Program-made: the position numbers and the translations under genes
Shown here: piece after piece, positions 26,638 through 36,679 of the stretch
Numbering within the stretch: position 1 is the first letter of the stretch
How the letters are laid out: each line of letters starts with the position of its first letter
Assembly: GCA_964403395.1 (NCBI GenBank)
Contig: CAYOGD010000001.1
Location: forward strand, 1 to 54,853
Source: an uncultured Alkaliphilus sp.
GTDB lineage: Bacteria; Bacillota; Clostridia; Peptostreptococcales; Natronincolaceae
Length of the DNA stretch: 54,853 nucleotides
Direction: 5' to 3'
Notes under the pieces: generated by a model
Database searches by the model: none
The model's input: the letters and a program-made list of their open reading frames with translations, nothing else
Told to the model about the DNA's origin: nothing

Positions 26638-28197
26638 TTATATTTGGGATCTAAGTGATGGTATGTTTTTTATGATTGGTCTTATGTCCAAGGCCCCGGT
26701 TATGGATAATAAAACTAGATATAGTATAAAACCTAGTAGTGTAGCCAATAGGGTGCTCAGGAGATTGCTATTTGTGATTAAAAAGGATGTTTTATAACTA
26801 TAAAACATCAGTATTATCATGAAAATGGAACATATAGTTGCCTTGACTGACGATTTTATTATAGAAAATCGCATATCGATTATTCCTTTTAAAGTGATCA
26901 TGTTCAGCATAAAAATTACAAATGCTGAAAGGATATATCCTATAAAAAAACCGTTTATTCCGTATCTGGGATTGGGAATCAAAAAATATGTGCAATAAAG
27001 TTGGATCAATATTCCCAGCAAATAATTGATCGTATTTATTACTTGTTTTCCCATGCCATGCAAAATACCTGATAGGGTATGTTGCATACATAAAAATATG
27101 GTTGAATAACTTGCTATAGTTAAATATTTTCCTACATCCTGCTGATTGTAGATAAGTTGTGCAATATGATTACCAAAAATAGCATATACAAAGGTGATTG
27201 GAATAGCTACCAGTAATGTCAATTTTATTGCCAAATTTGATTGGGAACGGATGTCTTCCATGTTATTTATGGCTATTTGCTCCGATATATCCGGAATTAT
27301 ATTGACTGCTAAGGCAGATGTAACCGTAAATGGCAGAAATAATAAAGGCATTGTCATACCGGTTATTTTACCGAAGGTTTGAATTGCTTCGGAGCTTGTA
27401 TACCCTGCTATTATTAATCTTTGAGGTATTAGAATAGAATTAACCGTTTGTATCAATACAGAGATTAATTTACCTATGGTGATGGGGACAGAGATATATA
27501 GTATGTTACCGACTATCCTGAGGGTAGAGGTGGAATATACCTTCAAAAAATATTTTTTGAGGTTTAATTTTTTGAAATTAAATTTAAATATTAGATATAT
27601 CAATCCGAATATTTCCCCTAGGGAAATTCCTATGACCCCTATTGTAGCTGCTAAGGTAGGGTTAGAAGGTTTTTTATAAATTAAATAAGATAGGACAAAT
27701 ATTATACGGATCAGTTGTTCTACAACTTGGGAATTGGCCGGGGGTGACACGTCTTTTAATCCATAAAAAAATCCTCTCAATGTTCCCGAGAATGTTATTA
27801 AACTTATTGCCGGTATTGTATATAAAAATGGATAATATATTGATTTATTTTTTAATATTTTAGTGACTATAGGGTCTATATTAAGAGATACCAATATGGA
27901 TATGATTAAGGAAAGGGTCCCTCCGATACAAAGAGCTACGGTTAAAACCTTGTATACACCTTCTCTGTTACTTAAAGAATTTTCTTTTGCAACAAGGCTG
28001 GATACTGCAATGGGAATTCCTGCAGTTGTTACAGTTGTAAGCAATGTCAAAAAAGGGAACACCATCTGATATAAACCTATGGCTTCCGCACCTATGAGCC
28101 TCGAAAGCATAATCCTATATATAAACCCCAGAGATCTGACTAAAAAGTTAACTATAACAAGTAAAATTGTTCCATAAATAAAAGAAGATTTTTTCAA
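26638..28197 (-). CDS. spoVB: SpoVB-like polysaccharide/peptidoglycan-precursor flippase (MOP/MurJ superfamily)
   Basis: 519 aa with about 14 TM helices. The N-terminus MKKSSFIYGTILLVIVNFLVRSLGFIYRIMLSRLIGAEAIGLYQM is typical of SpoVB/MurJ-type proteins. Confidence 0.75.
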   Translation of the reverse strand: MKKSSFIYGTILLVIVNFLVRSLGFIYRIMLSRLIGAEAIGLYQMVFPFLTLLTTVTTAGIPIAVSSLVAKENSLSNREGVYKVLTVALCIGGTLSLIISILVSLNIDPIVTKILKNKSIYYPFLYTIPAISLITFSGTLRGFFYGLKDVSPPANSQVVEQLIRIIFVLSYLIYKKPSNPTLAATIGVIGISLGEIFGLIYLIFKFNFKKLNLKKYFLKVYSTSTLRIVGNILYISVPITIGKLISVLIQTVNSILIPQRLIIAGYTSSEAIQTFGKITGMTMPLLFLPFTVTSALAVNIIPDISEQIAINNMEDIRSQSNLAIKLTLLVAIPITFVYAIFGNHIAQLIYNQQDVGKYLTIASYSTIFLCMQHTLSGILHGMGKQVINTINYLLGILIQLYCTYFLIPNPRYGINGFFIGYILSAFVIFMLNMITLKGIIDMRFSIIKSSVKATICSIFMIILMFYSYKTSFLITNSNLLSTLLATLLGFILYLVLLSITGALDIRPIIKNIPSLRSQI

Positions 28198-28370
28198 TAC
28201 TGGGCCCTCCTTTTGTTTGTTTATATAGCCATACTTATTCCGGCAAATAAAAAAATATACATAGATACAAATATGAAATGAAAGGGGAAAGATATTTTAT
28301 AATACAGGGTCATCTGTTTATTTTTTTTGGAAAAACATATAATATCTATAAGTATTGAGGAGGTATTATT

Positions 28371-28613
28371 ATGGATTGGGTTTGTCCTATTTGCAATGGA
28401 TTGACAAATTATGTAGTAAAATGCCCGAATTGTGGTAATCAGATGGAAGAGAGAGGTGCAATACAAGATTATTTTGATGATTATAGCCCATATTTAAGTA
28501 AAAATATAACTCAACAGGTGGATGGGACAAGTCATAACAAGTGTATTCATCTTTTTTATTGCCCGATTTGTAATGAAGATAAAAGGATTGTTATCAGTGA
28601 AATACAAATGTAA
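28371..28613 (+). CDS. Hypothetical Cys-rich double zinc-ribbon protein (80 aa)
   Basis: CPICN...CPNCG and C...CPICN motifs. AGGAGG precedes the ATG. Confidence 0.5.
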   Translation: MDWVCPICNGLTNYVVKCPNCGNQMEERGAIQDYFDDYSPYLSKNITQQVDGTSHNKCIHLFYCPICNEDKRIVISEIQM

Positions 28614-28705
28614 AAAGACAAATTATGTTCAAATATTATAAGATTATCCTTCAATACATAATTTAATAAAAATCTAGCAAAATAACAATAGAGGAGGTGT
28701 AATGG

Positions 28706-28897
28706 GTGAATTTAAATACAGAGGATATGATTATAAAAAAACTGTTGGATGTACAGGAAATGGTAAGGGATTTTGAAATGTTTTCTAAACATGCTGAAGA
28801 TGAACATGTAGCTTCCGCATTTAAAAATTTTGCTGAGGAGAGTGGCATGCAGGCCAGAGAACTACAAAAATTGGTTGATCGTTACAGAAAAGATTGA
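28706..28897 (+). CDS. Hypothetical small helical protein (63 aa)
   Basis: GTG start after GAGGAGGTG. The composition is charged and helical. No family recognised. Confidence 0.45.
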   Translation: MNLNTEDMIIKKLLDVQEMVRDFEMFSKHAEDEHVASAFKNFAEESGMQARELQKLVDRYRKD

Positions 28898-29078
28898 TTT
28901 AAACAGGCAACACCTATTCTATTAAAAAAGATAGATTTAGTGGCAGTTAAAAATTAAAATAACGGGCAGAATATTTTAAAAGTCATCTATATTGTAATAT
29001 GGATGGCTTTTTACAGTTTGGCAACAATATGCAAAGCTGATATAATATAAATAAATATTTAGATAGGAGCAATATTGA

Positions 29079-30569
29079 ATGAAGGGTTTCGATGATATTA
29101 AGTTATACAAGGATAAGGGAGAGCATCTATATGTTCAGTTATATAAGGCGATAAAAGGGCTGATCATCAGCGGTAAGTTAAGCAATGATGAAAAATTACC
29201 TCCTATACGTAAACTGGCAAAGGAACTTAAAATCAACAATGTTACAGTTGTAAACGCATATCATATTTTGGAACAAGAAGGGTTGGTATATAAAAAAATG
29301 GGAAGTGGTACATATGTATCACCGGATTTATTTGAATATACATACGAAGAGCAGGGAATATCAAATAGTTCCGGGTCCCTTTCCTTTATAGAACGGGGTC
29401 AAATCCAAATTCAAAAGGATATGATCAATTTTGCCAGTGCAACACCTATGTCGGAATTGTTCCCGGTAGACGATTTTAAAAGGGCACTTAATGAAGTTTT
29501 AGACAGGGATGGAGGGCATGCCTTTGATTATCAGGAAAGCCGGGGCTATTTTCCATTAAGAAAAGCATTGATAGAGTATGTAAAAGAATATAATATTTCT
29601 GCCAATATTGATAGCATACAGATTATTTCCGGAGCCCAGCAGGGTATAGATATTATTGCAAAGGCTCTGCTGAACTATGATGATGCAGTTATTATTGAAA
29701 GCCCCTCATATACAGGCGCTATAGCCTCCTTTAAATCTAGGGGGGCCAAAATTATAGATGTAAAACTGTTGGATGATGGTATAGATATTAAGGACCTGGA
29801 TAAAAAAATTCGTATTTTTAAACCTAAATTTTTATATTTAATGCCTAACTTTCAAAATCCAACCGGGATATCGTATAGCCGGAACAAAAAAAATAAAATT
29901 ATTGATTTATGCAAACAACATAAGGTATATATAGTGGAAGATGATTATTTGAGCGATTTAAATTTTTATTCTGAGGATAATACCACTTTAAAAAGCCTGG
30001 ATATAGATAATGAATTAGTTATTTATGTGAAAAGTTTTTCAAAAATATTTATGCCCGGACTCAGATTAGGATTTTTAATAGCACCATCAATATTTTACGA
30101 ACACCTGCTTTTTGCCAAACATTCTTCGGATATCTCTACATCAGGACTTTTACAGAGAGCATTGGAAATATATTTTACCGGAGGAACATGGAAAGAACAC
30201 ATTGAATATATGGGAGAAAAATATAGAGATGTTTTCGATATCATGTTAAAAAATATCGAAAAACATATGCCACCCCAAGTTGATTTTATGTACCCGCAAG
30301 GTGGGGTTAATTTTTGGTTTAGATTGCCAAAGGGTGTTTCTTCGAAAAATTTATATGAAACGGCTATTAAAAACAATGTTGCTATAGCTCCGGGGAATTT
30401 GTTTTTTGTTCATCAAAATGATGATAGGCATTTTAGGTTGAGTATCGCTTCTGTTGATGATGATGAGATAGAACACGGAATAATTATAATAAGCAATATA
30501 ATTAAAAATCTGCTCAAAGAAAAAAATGACAGAGGGGCCAAGGAAGAAATATATAAACCTATATTATAA
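29079..30569 (+). CDS. MocR/GabR/PdxR-type regulator (GntR wHTH fused to a PLP aminotransferase-like domain)
   Basis: The N-terminal GntR HTH reads LPPIRKLAKELKINNVTVVNAYHILEQEGLV. The aminotransferase fold I region carries the PLP-lysine motif SFSKIFMPGLRLG. Confidence 0.85.
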   Translation: MKGFDDIKLYKDKGEHLYVQLYKAIKGLIISGKLSNDEKLPPIRKLAKELKINNVTVVNAYHILEQEGLVYKKMGSGTYVSPDLFEYTYEEQGISNSSGSLSFIERGQIQIQKDMINFASATPMSELFPVDDFKRALNEVLDRDGGHAFDYQESRGYFPLRKALIEYVKEYNISANIDSIQIISGAQQGIDIIAKALLNYDDAVIIESPSYTGAIASFKSRGAKIIDVKLLDDGIDIKDLDKKIRIFKPKFLYLMPNFQNPTGISYSRNKKNKIIDLCKQHKVYIVEDDYLSDLNFYSEDNTTLKSLDIDNELVIYVKSFSKIFMPGLRLGFLIAPSIFYEHLLFAKHSSDISTSGLLQRALEIYFTGGTWKEHIEYMGEKYRDVFDIMLKNIEKHMPPQVDFMYPQGGVNFWFRLPKGVSSKNLYETAIKNNVAIAPGNLFFVHQNDDRHFRLSIASVDDDEIEHGIIIISNIIKNLLKEKNDRGAKEEIYKPIL

Positions 30570-30687
30570 TAGAACTTATGACGAAGATACATGGAATGAT
30601 AAATAACGATTAAGAGAATATAAAGTTAAAAAGATCCGGCAAACGATGAGCTAATTTCCGACTTCTGATAATGAAAGGGGTATTATT

Positions 30688-31587
30688 GTGAAGAAGGCCA
30701 AAATTATTTGCAACCCTAATTCCGGAAGGCAAATAGTGCAAAGGAATATATTTAATTTGGTAAAAATATTAGAGGAAAACAATTATTATGTAGATATATA
30801 CACGACAAAGGCGCAACTAGATGCTATGTATGCAGCCTCAGAGGCCTGTAAAAACGAATATGACATAATTGCGGCAATAGGGGGGGACGGCACTGTTAAT
30901 GAGGTTGTCAACGGCATCATGGCCAATGAATTTAGACCTAAATTAGCAGTATATCCGGCAGGCACCGCAAATGATTTTGCTAACTATTTGAAAATTCCGA
31001 GGGTAATGAAAGAATTCGCAAAAATAATTATTAGAGAAAAAACAATCAAAATAGATGTTGGGTTAGCCGGGGACAGATATTTTTTAAACGTTGCCGCGGC
31101 GGGGTTGCTCACAGATGTAGCTTATAAAGTTTCCTCCGAGGCGAAGACTGTTTTGGGGAAATTTGCATATTATTTGGAAGGCCTGAGGGAATTGCCGAGG
31201 CAAATATTTGAACCCATAAAAATAACATTGAAAATAGATGATATAGAAGAGGAAAGAGAAATATTGTTTTTTCTGGTAGCAAATACTCCTTCTGTAGGCG
31301 GGTTTAAATATGTTGCTCCTGAGGCCAGCATCGATGATGGAAAATTTGATCTGCTTATTGTTGAAAAAAGTCAATTTATTGATGTGGCGAGTATTTTTTT
31401 TATGGCTTTATCAGGCAATCACACGAACCATCCTAATTTACAATATATACAAACAGATTCTTTCAGCGTTTACTGTGACGGTAATATATACGTGGATCTG
31501 GATGGCGAACAGGGGGGCAAACTCCCTATGGACTTTCGGATTAAAAAGGGAGCTATTGAATTGATCACCCCGTCAGGTGTAATTTAA
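30688..31587 (+). CDS. Diacylglycerol kinase-family lipid kinase (YegS/DagK-like)
   Basis: NPNSGR..., GGDGTVNEVVNG and PAGTANDFA motifs. The start codon is GTG. Confidence 0.85.
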   Translation: MKKAKIICNPNSGRQIVQRNIFNLVKILEENNYYVDIYTTKAQLDAMYAASEACKNEYDIIAAIGGDGTVNEVVNGIMANEFRPKLAVYPAGTANDFANYLKIPRVMKEFAKIIIREKTIKIDVGLAGDRYFLNVAAAGLLTDVAYKVSSEAKTVLGKFAYYLEGLRELPRQIFEPIKITLKIDDIEEEREILFFLVANTPSVGGFKYVAPEASIDDGKFDLLIVEKSQFIDVASIFFMALSGNHTNHPNLQYIQTDSFSVYCDGNIYVDLDGEQGGKLPMDFRIKKGAIELITPSGVI

Positions 31588-31678
31588 GAAATATATGTTT
31601 CACAAATAAACATCGGAAAGACCCTAAAATTCTTTCTGATGTTTATTTTTTATTGTGATATTGATACGGAGTTTAGTT

Positions 31679-31960
31679 TTAAATATCCAAATAATTCATA
31701 ATTTCATCTAATTTAGATAATTGTTCCCGATTTAGCAAGGGTTTTATTTTTTCTACTATCTCATCATGATTAGGTATCGATTTTTTAAGTTGTTTTAATT
31801 CATATAGGATTTCATTTTCCGGTTTATCATTATATTGATTGAACAGTTCCACCGCTTTTTGGTAATCCTCTTCAGAAACCATGTCTCTTATCTCTCGAAA
31901 TTTTTCATAATTGCCGGGTTTAAAGGTTTTAAAAAGGTCATTTAATTTTCCGTAAAACAT
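31679..31960 (-). CDS. Hypothetical protein (93 aa)
   Basis: An ORF with the RBS AGGAGGAATTATA before the ATG (minus strand). No motif recognised. Confidence 0.5.
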   Translation of the reverse strand: MFYGKLNDLFKTFKPGNYEKFREIRDMVSEEDYQKAVELFNQYNDKPENEILYELKQLKKSIPNHDEIVEKIKPLLNREQLSKLDEIMNYLDI

Positions 31961-32185
31961 TATAATTCCTCCTAAATAATGATTTTTTATATCCTTAATT
32001 TATACAGGATCAATATTTATGTCTGTTATGAATAGTTTTCTGTATATAGATATGTGTATCAAATAGATTTTGTCACTAAAATAAAATTATTATTTATTGA
32101 TTATGACAATTTAAAAGTTAATAAAACATTTTTGTCTGAATATACATATACTGTATAATAGTTTGAAATTGAAAGGAGGCCAACA

Positions 32186-32893
32186 ATGGGAGAAGGAGAA
32201 CAAAATCTTAAAACTCAGTCAAATTGGTTACTTTTTTTTCTGTTTTTACTTTTTATATATCGTAAAGATATGAACAGACTGGATTTTCAAGAAATAAACT
32301 TAATTGATTTAGATAAAAAGTCTGAATTGCTCAATAGAATAAGAGGGTATTTAGATCCACAGGAGCAACATATTGTTCATAGTGCGGAAATTATATTACA
32401 GATTATTGCTAAAATTAAAATATTGATGGATTTGCCACAGGCTGAGGCATCGGAAGTGAGATATTCCGCATTGAATCTAAAGGATAGAAAACGCAGTATG
32501 TTGATAGATTTAAGTGAGTTTCTCGAGGATGAAAAGAAACTGTTGGTACATAAGGTAGTTGATCTTGATGTTAAAGTTCAGGCATTGGAAGAGGAATTGG
32601 GAGGAACGCATGGATTGTCACAAGGTAAAGGCTTAATGTCCGATATAAACAATCATATTGAAATATTTGAGTCAACATTTGCAGATGGAACAGAGGAAAA
32701 TGCAGCCGAACTAAAAAAGATAGTATCTATACTAAAAATAATAAATGTTTTAAAGAATAGGGAAAAAATAAATGAAACAGATATAATAGAATTTATTTAT
32801 CCTTTTATTGGGGATGAGCGGAAGGATTCCTTAATGCGAATGATCCGGGCTCATGGAGGCACAGATGATATAAGCGACGAGAAAAAGAATTAG
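32186..32893 (+). CDS. Hypothetical protein with an N-terminal TM segment (235 aa)
   Basis: Strong RBS AAGGAGG 6 nt before the ATG. One hydrophobic helix (WLLFFLFLLFIY), then a helical, charged domain. Confidence 0.55.
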   Translation: MGEGEQNLKTQSNWLLFFLFLLFIYRKDMNRLDFQEINLIDLDKKSELLNRIRGYLDPQEQHIVHSAEIILQIIAKIKILMDLPQAEASEVRYSALNLKDRKRSMLIDLSEFLEDEKKLLVHKVVDLDVKVQALEEELGGTHGLSQGKGLMSDINNHIEIFESTFADGTEENAAELKKIVSILKIINVLKNREKINETDIIEFIYPFIGDERKDSLMRMIRAHGGTDDISDEKKN

Positions 32894-33067
32894 AACAAAC
32901 TAAGGACTAAAATCAAACTATACAATATATTGTGGAACCCTATCCCAAAATGACACTACATGTTGATAAAAAAATTATTCTACACTAAAAAAAACTAAAT
33001 TTTGCAACCTCTTTTGTTTATAATTGATACATATATGTACGAAGATTATAAACAAAGGGGGGAAATT

Positions 33068-33541
33068 ATGAAGAAAGTTATTGTTATTTTCATATTTATT
33101 ACTGTTATTCTTATATGCCATAATTTTATTTTTGCATATTATAATGGTAAAACCACTGAGCAAGAATTATATAAACGGGTTGAACAGGTTTTTTGTGAAC
33201 GGGCCAACATATGGAATAATTTTTTATTTGGTCAATATACGTCATTATCTCAATTAGAAAGAGAGCTGAGAGAGATTGTTACCGATCCACTGTTTAAATC
33301 GGATATGAAAATGTTTGAACAGATGCTGTCTGCTCCCACATCTTGTGAGGGTATTTCTGATGTTTCAATTTTAGGCATTCATGGGGTTAAAAATAGTTTT
33401 GAAAGAGCCACTTTGGAAGTTTTAATTTTATGGGAGATAGAGGGGTATGAAAATAATTATAATGAAGAGATAGAATATATAGTTGAAATGAAAAAGGATA
33501 GAGGAAATTGGTTACTCAGTGATTATAATATAAATAAATAA
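33068..33541 (+). CDS. Hypothetical membrane-anchored protein (157 aa)
   Basis: ATG 33068 (MKKVIVIFIFITVILI) follows AAAGGGGGGA. The track start at 33002 is less likely. Confidence 0.55.
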   Translation: MKKVIVIFIFITVILICHNFIFAYYNGKTTEQELYKRVEQVFCERANIWNNFLFGQYTSLSQLERELREIVTDPLFKSDMKMFEQMLSAPTSCEGISDVSILGIHGVKNSFERATLEVLILWEIEGYENNYNEEIEYIVEMKKDRGNWLLSDYNINK

Positions 33542-33556
33542 TAAATATATCAAGGC

Positions 33557-33578
33557 AGGCGGCTTAGCCGCCTTTTTT
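33557..33578 (+). terminator. Rho-independent terminator
   Basis: AGGCGGC, loop TTA, GCCGCCT, then T6. Confidence 0.8.
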
Positions 33579-33792
33579 GATATAATAGGTGCTTGAAAAA
33601 ATATATATGGGACATATGAAAAAAAGTTTTGCATAATATGTAGATTTTGTGTATAATATATGGAACCCGTTGAAAGGTTAGTCTTGGGTTTACAGGGCTT
33701 TAATGGATTGATGTGGAAGGCATTAAAATTATTTGGCAGGATGAAACACAATTATTGTAATAATCGAAAAAATTCAATGGAGGGAAGATTAG

Positions 33793-34617
33793 ATGCAAAT
33801 AATTACCGATAGCTCTTGTGATTTACCAAAAGATATTTTAGATAAAAATGATATTATAGTTATTCCGTTGAGTATTGAAATAGATGGAGAAAGTTATATT
33901 GACGGTATAAATTTGACTCATGAACAATTTTTTAAAAAAATGTTAAATTCGAAAACCCTCCCTAAAACATCCCAGCCTTCTCCTCAAAATTTCATAAGTG
34001 CATTTAAAGAGGCAGCTAAAAAAACCAGTGAAATATTAAGTATACATCTTTCGTCAAAATTAAGCGGCACAGTAAATTGTGCTATTATGGCAAAAGAAAT
34101 GGTAAACAAAAAGATAGAAATTTTTGATAGTCTAAGCGGTTCTATTGGATTGGGCATGCAAGTACTTAAGGCTTGTGAGATGGTAAAGCAGGGGCTTAAC
34201 TTAGAAAAGATAACAGAAAAATTAAAAGAGTATAGGGATAATATGAAAGTTATAGTCTATTTGGAGACCTTGGAAAATGCTGTGAAGGGGGGAAGGGTAA
34301 CACGGACTAAAGAGACGGTAGCCAATCTGTTAAATTTAAAATTCGTAGTACATGTAGAGGAAGGATATGTTAAAGTACTAAAAAATATCCGCGGTAAAAA
34401 GCGGGCTATTAAATTCATGTTAGATGAGATAACGGAGAAAAATGTGGATTTTAAGGATAGGGTGATTGGAATAACCCATTGTGATTGCATAGAGGACGCC
34501 TTGATGTTGAAGGAAGAGATAATCAAACGTTTTAATCCCTCCCGGGTTTTATTGACGACTATGGGACCTGTGATTGGAACATATTCAGGGCGGGGAGGAT
34601 TATTAGTTTGTTTTTAA
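33793..34617 (+). CDS. degV: DegV-family fatty-acid-binding protein
   Basis: MQIITDSSCDLP..., the SQPSPQNF motif, and a length of 274 aa. Confidence 0.9.
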   Translation: MQIITDSSCDLPKDILDKNDIIVIPLSIEIDGESYIDGINLTHEQFFKKMLNSKTLPKTSQPSPQNFISAFKEAAKKTSEILSIHLSSKLSGTVNCAIMAKEMVNKKIEIFDSLSGSIGLGMQVLKACEMVKQGLNLEKITEKLKEYRDNMKVIVYLETLENAVKGGRVTRTKETVANLLNLKFVVHVEEGYVKVLKNIRGKKRAIKFMLDEITEKNVDFKDRVIGITHCDCIEDALMLKEEIIKRFNPSRVLLTTMGPVIGTYSGRGGLLVCF

Positions 34618-34628
34618 TCTTGATATGT

Positions 34629-34672
34629 AAAATGAGACTCTTTTTAACTAAAACTAAAAAGAGTCTCATTTT
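34629..34672. terminator. Bidirectional terminator between degV and the LysR gene
   Basis: AAAATGAGACTCTTTTT (34629-34645) pairs with AAAAAGAGTCTCATTTT (34656-34672). The A/T tracts are symmetric. Confidence 0.8.
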
Positions 34673-34678
34673 ATTAAA

Positions 34679-35584
34679 TTATGCAAAATAATTACAGACA
34701 AATTTTTGGAATTCCGATTCAAGAGGCGACGGCAGCCTTTGGCTATGATAAACAAAATAGAAATTTCTTTTTAATTCAGTACCACTGATATTTATATAAT
34801 CCAGTTGTTTATATTTAATTTCATCCTCAATTGTACATTTGGATAATATCGAAATTCCTAAACCTCTTCTGATACATTGTTTTATTGTTTCTGCATTTTC
34901 AATGTAAGCTATGACCTGTAATTTATTTATATCTATGTTTTCCCTTTTCAGGCTTTTTTCGATTATACTTCTTGTGCCTGAGCCCCGTTCTCTTAAAATA
35001 AATTTCTCTTTTAATAAATCTTTCAACCTGACTTCTGCCGCATCCGCATTTTGAACAGAACCACCATACGGGATAACAACAACTAATTCGTCTTCCGTAA
35101 GGTCTACATATTTTAATTGGTTATGGGGGATTTTTGCACCTACTATGCCAAAATCAATATCACCATTTATAATACCTTTTACAACTTGCGCGGAATCATA
35201 ATGACATATAGTAAAAGTAACATCCGGATAAATTTTATTAAACTCACATATGATCCCGGGTATTATATATTGTTCAGGAACTGTACTGGACGCTATTTCA
35301 ATATTGCCGACAATTTTGCCCTTAAACTCACCCAGTTTAAATTTTGCATTTTCTCTCAGGTTGATGATATTGATCGCATAGTCATAGAGCAATTCCCCGG
35401 CTCTGGTCAAGGAAATATTCTTATTAGATCTGGACCTGTTGATTAGCACGGTGTTTAAATCGCTTTCTAAATTGGATAGATGGTTGCTTACGGTGGGCTG
35501 GGTAAGATATAAGTGTTCAGCCGCTTTAGAAAAACTCTTAAATTTTGCAATGGCTAAAAATACCTCTAATTGTCTAAAGTCCAT
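34679..35584 (-). CDS. LysR-family transcriptional regulator
   Basis: The N-terminal HTH reads MDFRQLEVFLAIAKFKSFSKAAEHLYLTQPTVSNHLSNLE, followed by a LysR substrate-binding domain. Confidence 0.9.
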   Translation of the reverse strand: MDFRQLEVFLAIAKFKSFSKAAEHLYLTQPTVSNHLSNLESDLNTVLINRSRSNKNISLTRAGELLYDYAINIINLRENAKFKLGEFKGKIVGNIEIASSTVPEQYIIPGIICEFNKIYPDVTFTICHYDSAQVVKGIINGDIDFGIVGAKIPHNQLKYVDLTEDELVVVIPYGGSVQNADAAEVRLKDLLKEKFILRERGSGTRSIIEKSLKRENIDINKLQVIAYIENAETIKQCIRRGLGISILSKCTIEDEIKYKQLDYINISGTELKRNFYFVYHSQRLPSPLESEFQKFVCNYFA

Positions 35585-35695
35585 GGTTTTCTCCTTTATA
35601 TCCCTTATTTGATTTATAGAATTATTTTTATGAAAAAACCATAATCTCTAAAGCTGTATGTTTAACAGTTGAGCGATTATGGATTGTTTGTTGGC

Positions 35696-35782
35696 TGGTG
35701 CCGGTGGTGGGACTCGAACCCACACGTCCCTAAGAACAACGGATTTTGAGTCCGTCTCGTCTGCCAATTCCAACACACCGGC
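35696..35782 (-). tRNA. tRNA-Leu (anticodon CAA), long variable arm, CCA encoded
   Basis: The reverse complement is GCCGGTGTGTTGGAATTGGCAGACGAGACGGACTCAAAATCCGTTGTTCTTAGGGACGTGTGGGTTCGAGTCCCACCACCGGCACCA. The anticodon loop is CTCAAAA. Confidence 0.95.
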
Positions 35783-36029
35783 GGATGTATTTTATTTTTT
35801 ACCACAATTTATTATTATATCATGCCTTAGTCATAAGAAATATTAACATAGCTTATTTACTATGTCAACCAATATTTTATGTATTTGTAGTTATTCTATG
35901 ATAATGTCATGTTAAATTTATTCTGATAAAATGTCATGTATGAGAGAGGAGATATTTAACTTAAAAATAATTATTGGATATTTTGTTTTTTTTTGATATT
36001 GTAATGTTGAAAAGCAGACAAGGCCCTAA

Positions 36030-36054
36030 GGAACAAATTTTCGGTAAAAACGTC
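36030..36054 (+). promoter_or_regulatory. ECF-type (probably autoregulated) promoter
   Basis: GGAAC (36030-34), a 16-nt spacer, then CGTC (36051-54). This matches the AAC-N16/17-CGT pattern of ECF sigma promoters and lies about 30 nt upstream of the sigma gene. Confidence 0.5.
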
Positions 36055-36081
36055 AAACATAGTGGGAGGGCTTAGGAGGGA

Positions 36082-36675
36082 GTGAAAATTTTGGGTTCAC
36101 AGGAGGTCTCCTTGATCAGACAGGCAAAGGCAGGGGATATAAAAAGTTTTGAACAATTAATTTCCGGCCATCAAAAAAGGATATTTAATATTGCGTATCG
36201 TGTGTTAGGTAATCCTGAAGATGCTAATGATGTTACCCAGGAAGCCTTAGTAAAGGCATATTGCGGGATTAAAAAATTTAAGGGCAAAAGTAGTTTTTCT
36301 ACATGGCTGTTTACAATTGTAAATAATGCCTGTATAGATTTTATTCGTAAAAATAGAAAAACTGATATGATATATTTGGATCGGGAATATGAAACCGGGG
36401 ATGGTACTTATAAGGTTCAGCTAGGGGATGATGAAAATACCCCGGAGGAACTATTTGAAAAAAAAGAAGTGCAGAGATTAGTGCATGAATCTATCGGCGA
36501 ATTGAGTTATGATCATAGAAAAATCATTATCTTAAGAGATATAGAGCATTTTTCATATAAGGAAATTGCCCAAATATTAGGTTGCCCCGAGGGCACGGTG
36601 AAATCCAGGATCAGCAGGGCAAGGGAAGGTTTAAAAACCATAATTAAGGAAAAATTAAAGGATGGAAAGGAGTGA
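36082..36675 (+). CDS. ECF-family RNA polymerase sigma-70 factor
   Basis: Region 2 reads FNIAYRVLGNPEDANDVTQEALVKAY...FSTWLFTIVNNACIDFIRK. Region 4 reads FSYKEIAQILGCPEGTVKSRISRAREGL. The GTG start follows GGAGGGA. Confidence 0.85.
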   Translation: MKILGSQEVSLIRQAKAGDIKSFEQLISGHQKRIFNIAYRVLGNPEDANDVTQEALVKAYCGIKKFKGKSSFSTWLFTIVNNACIDFIRKNRKTDMIYLDREYETGDGTYKVQLGDDENTPEELFEKKEVQRLVHESIGELSYDHRKIIILRDIEHFSYKEIAQILGCPEGTVKSRISRAREGLKTIIKEKLKDGKE

Positions 36676-36679
36676 TAAC

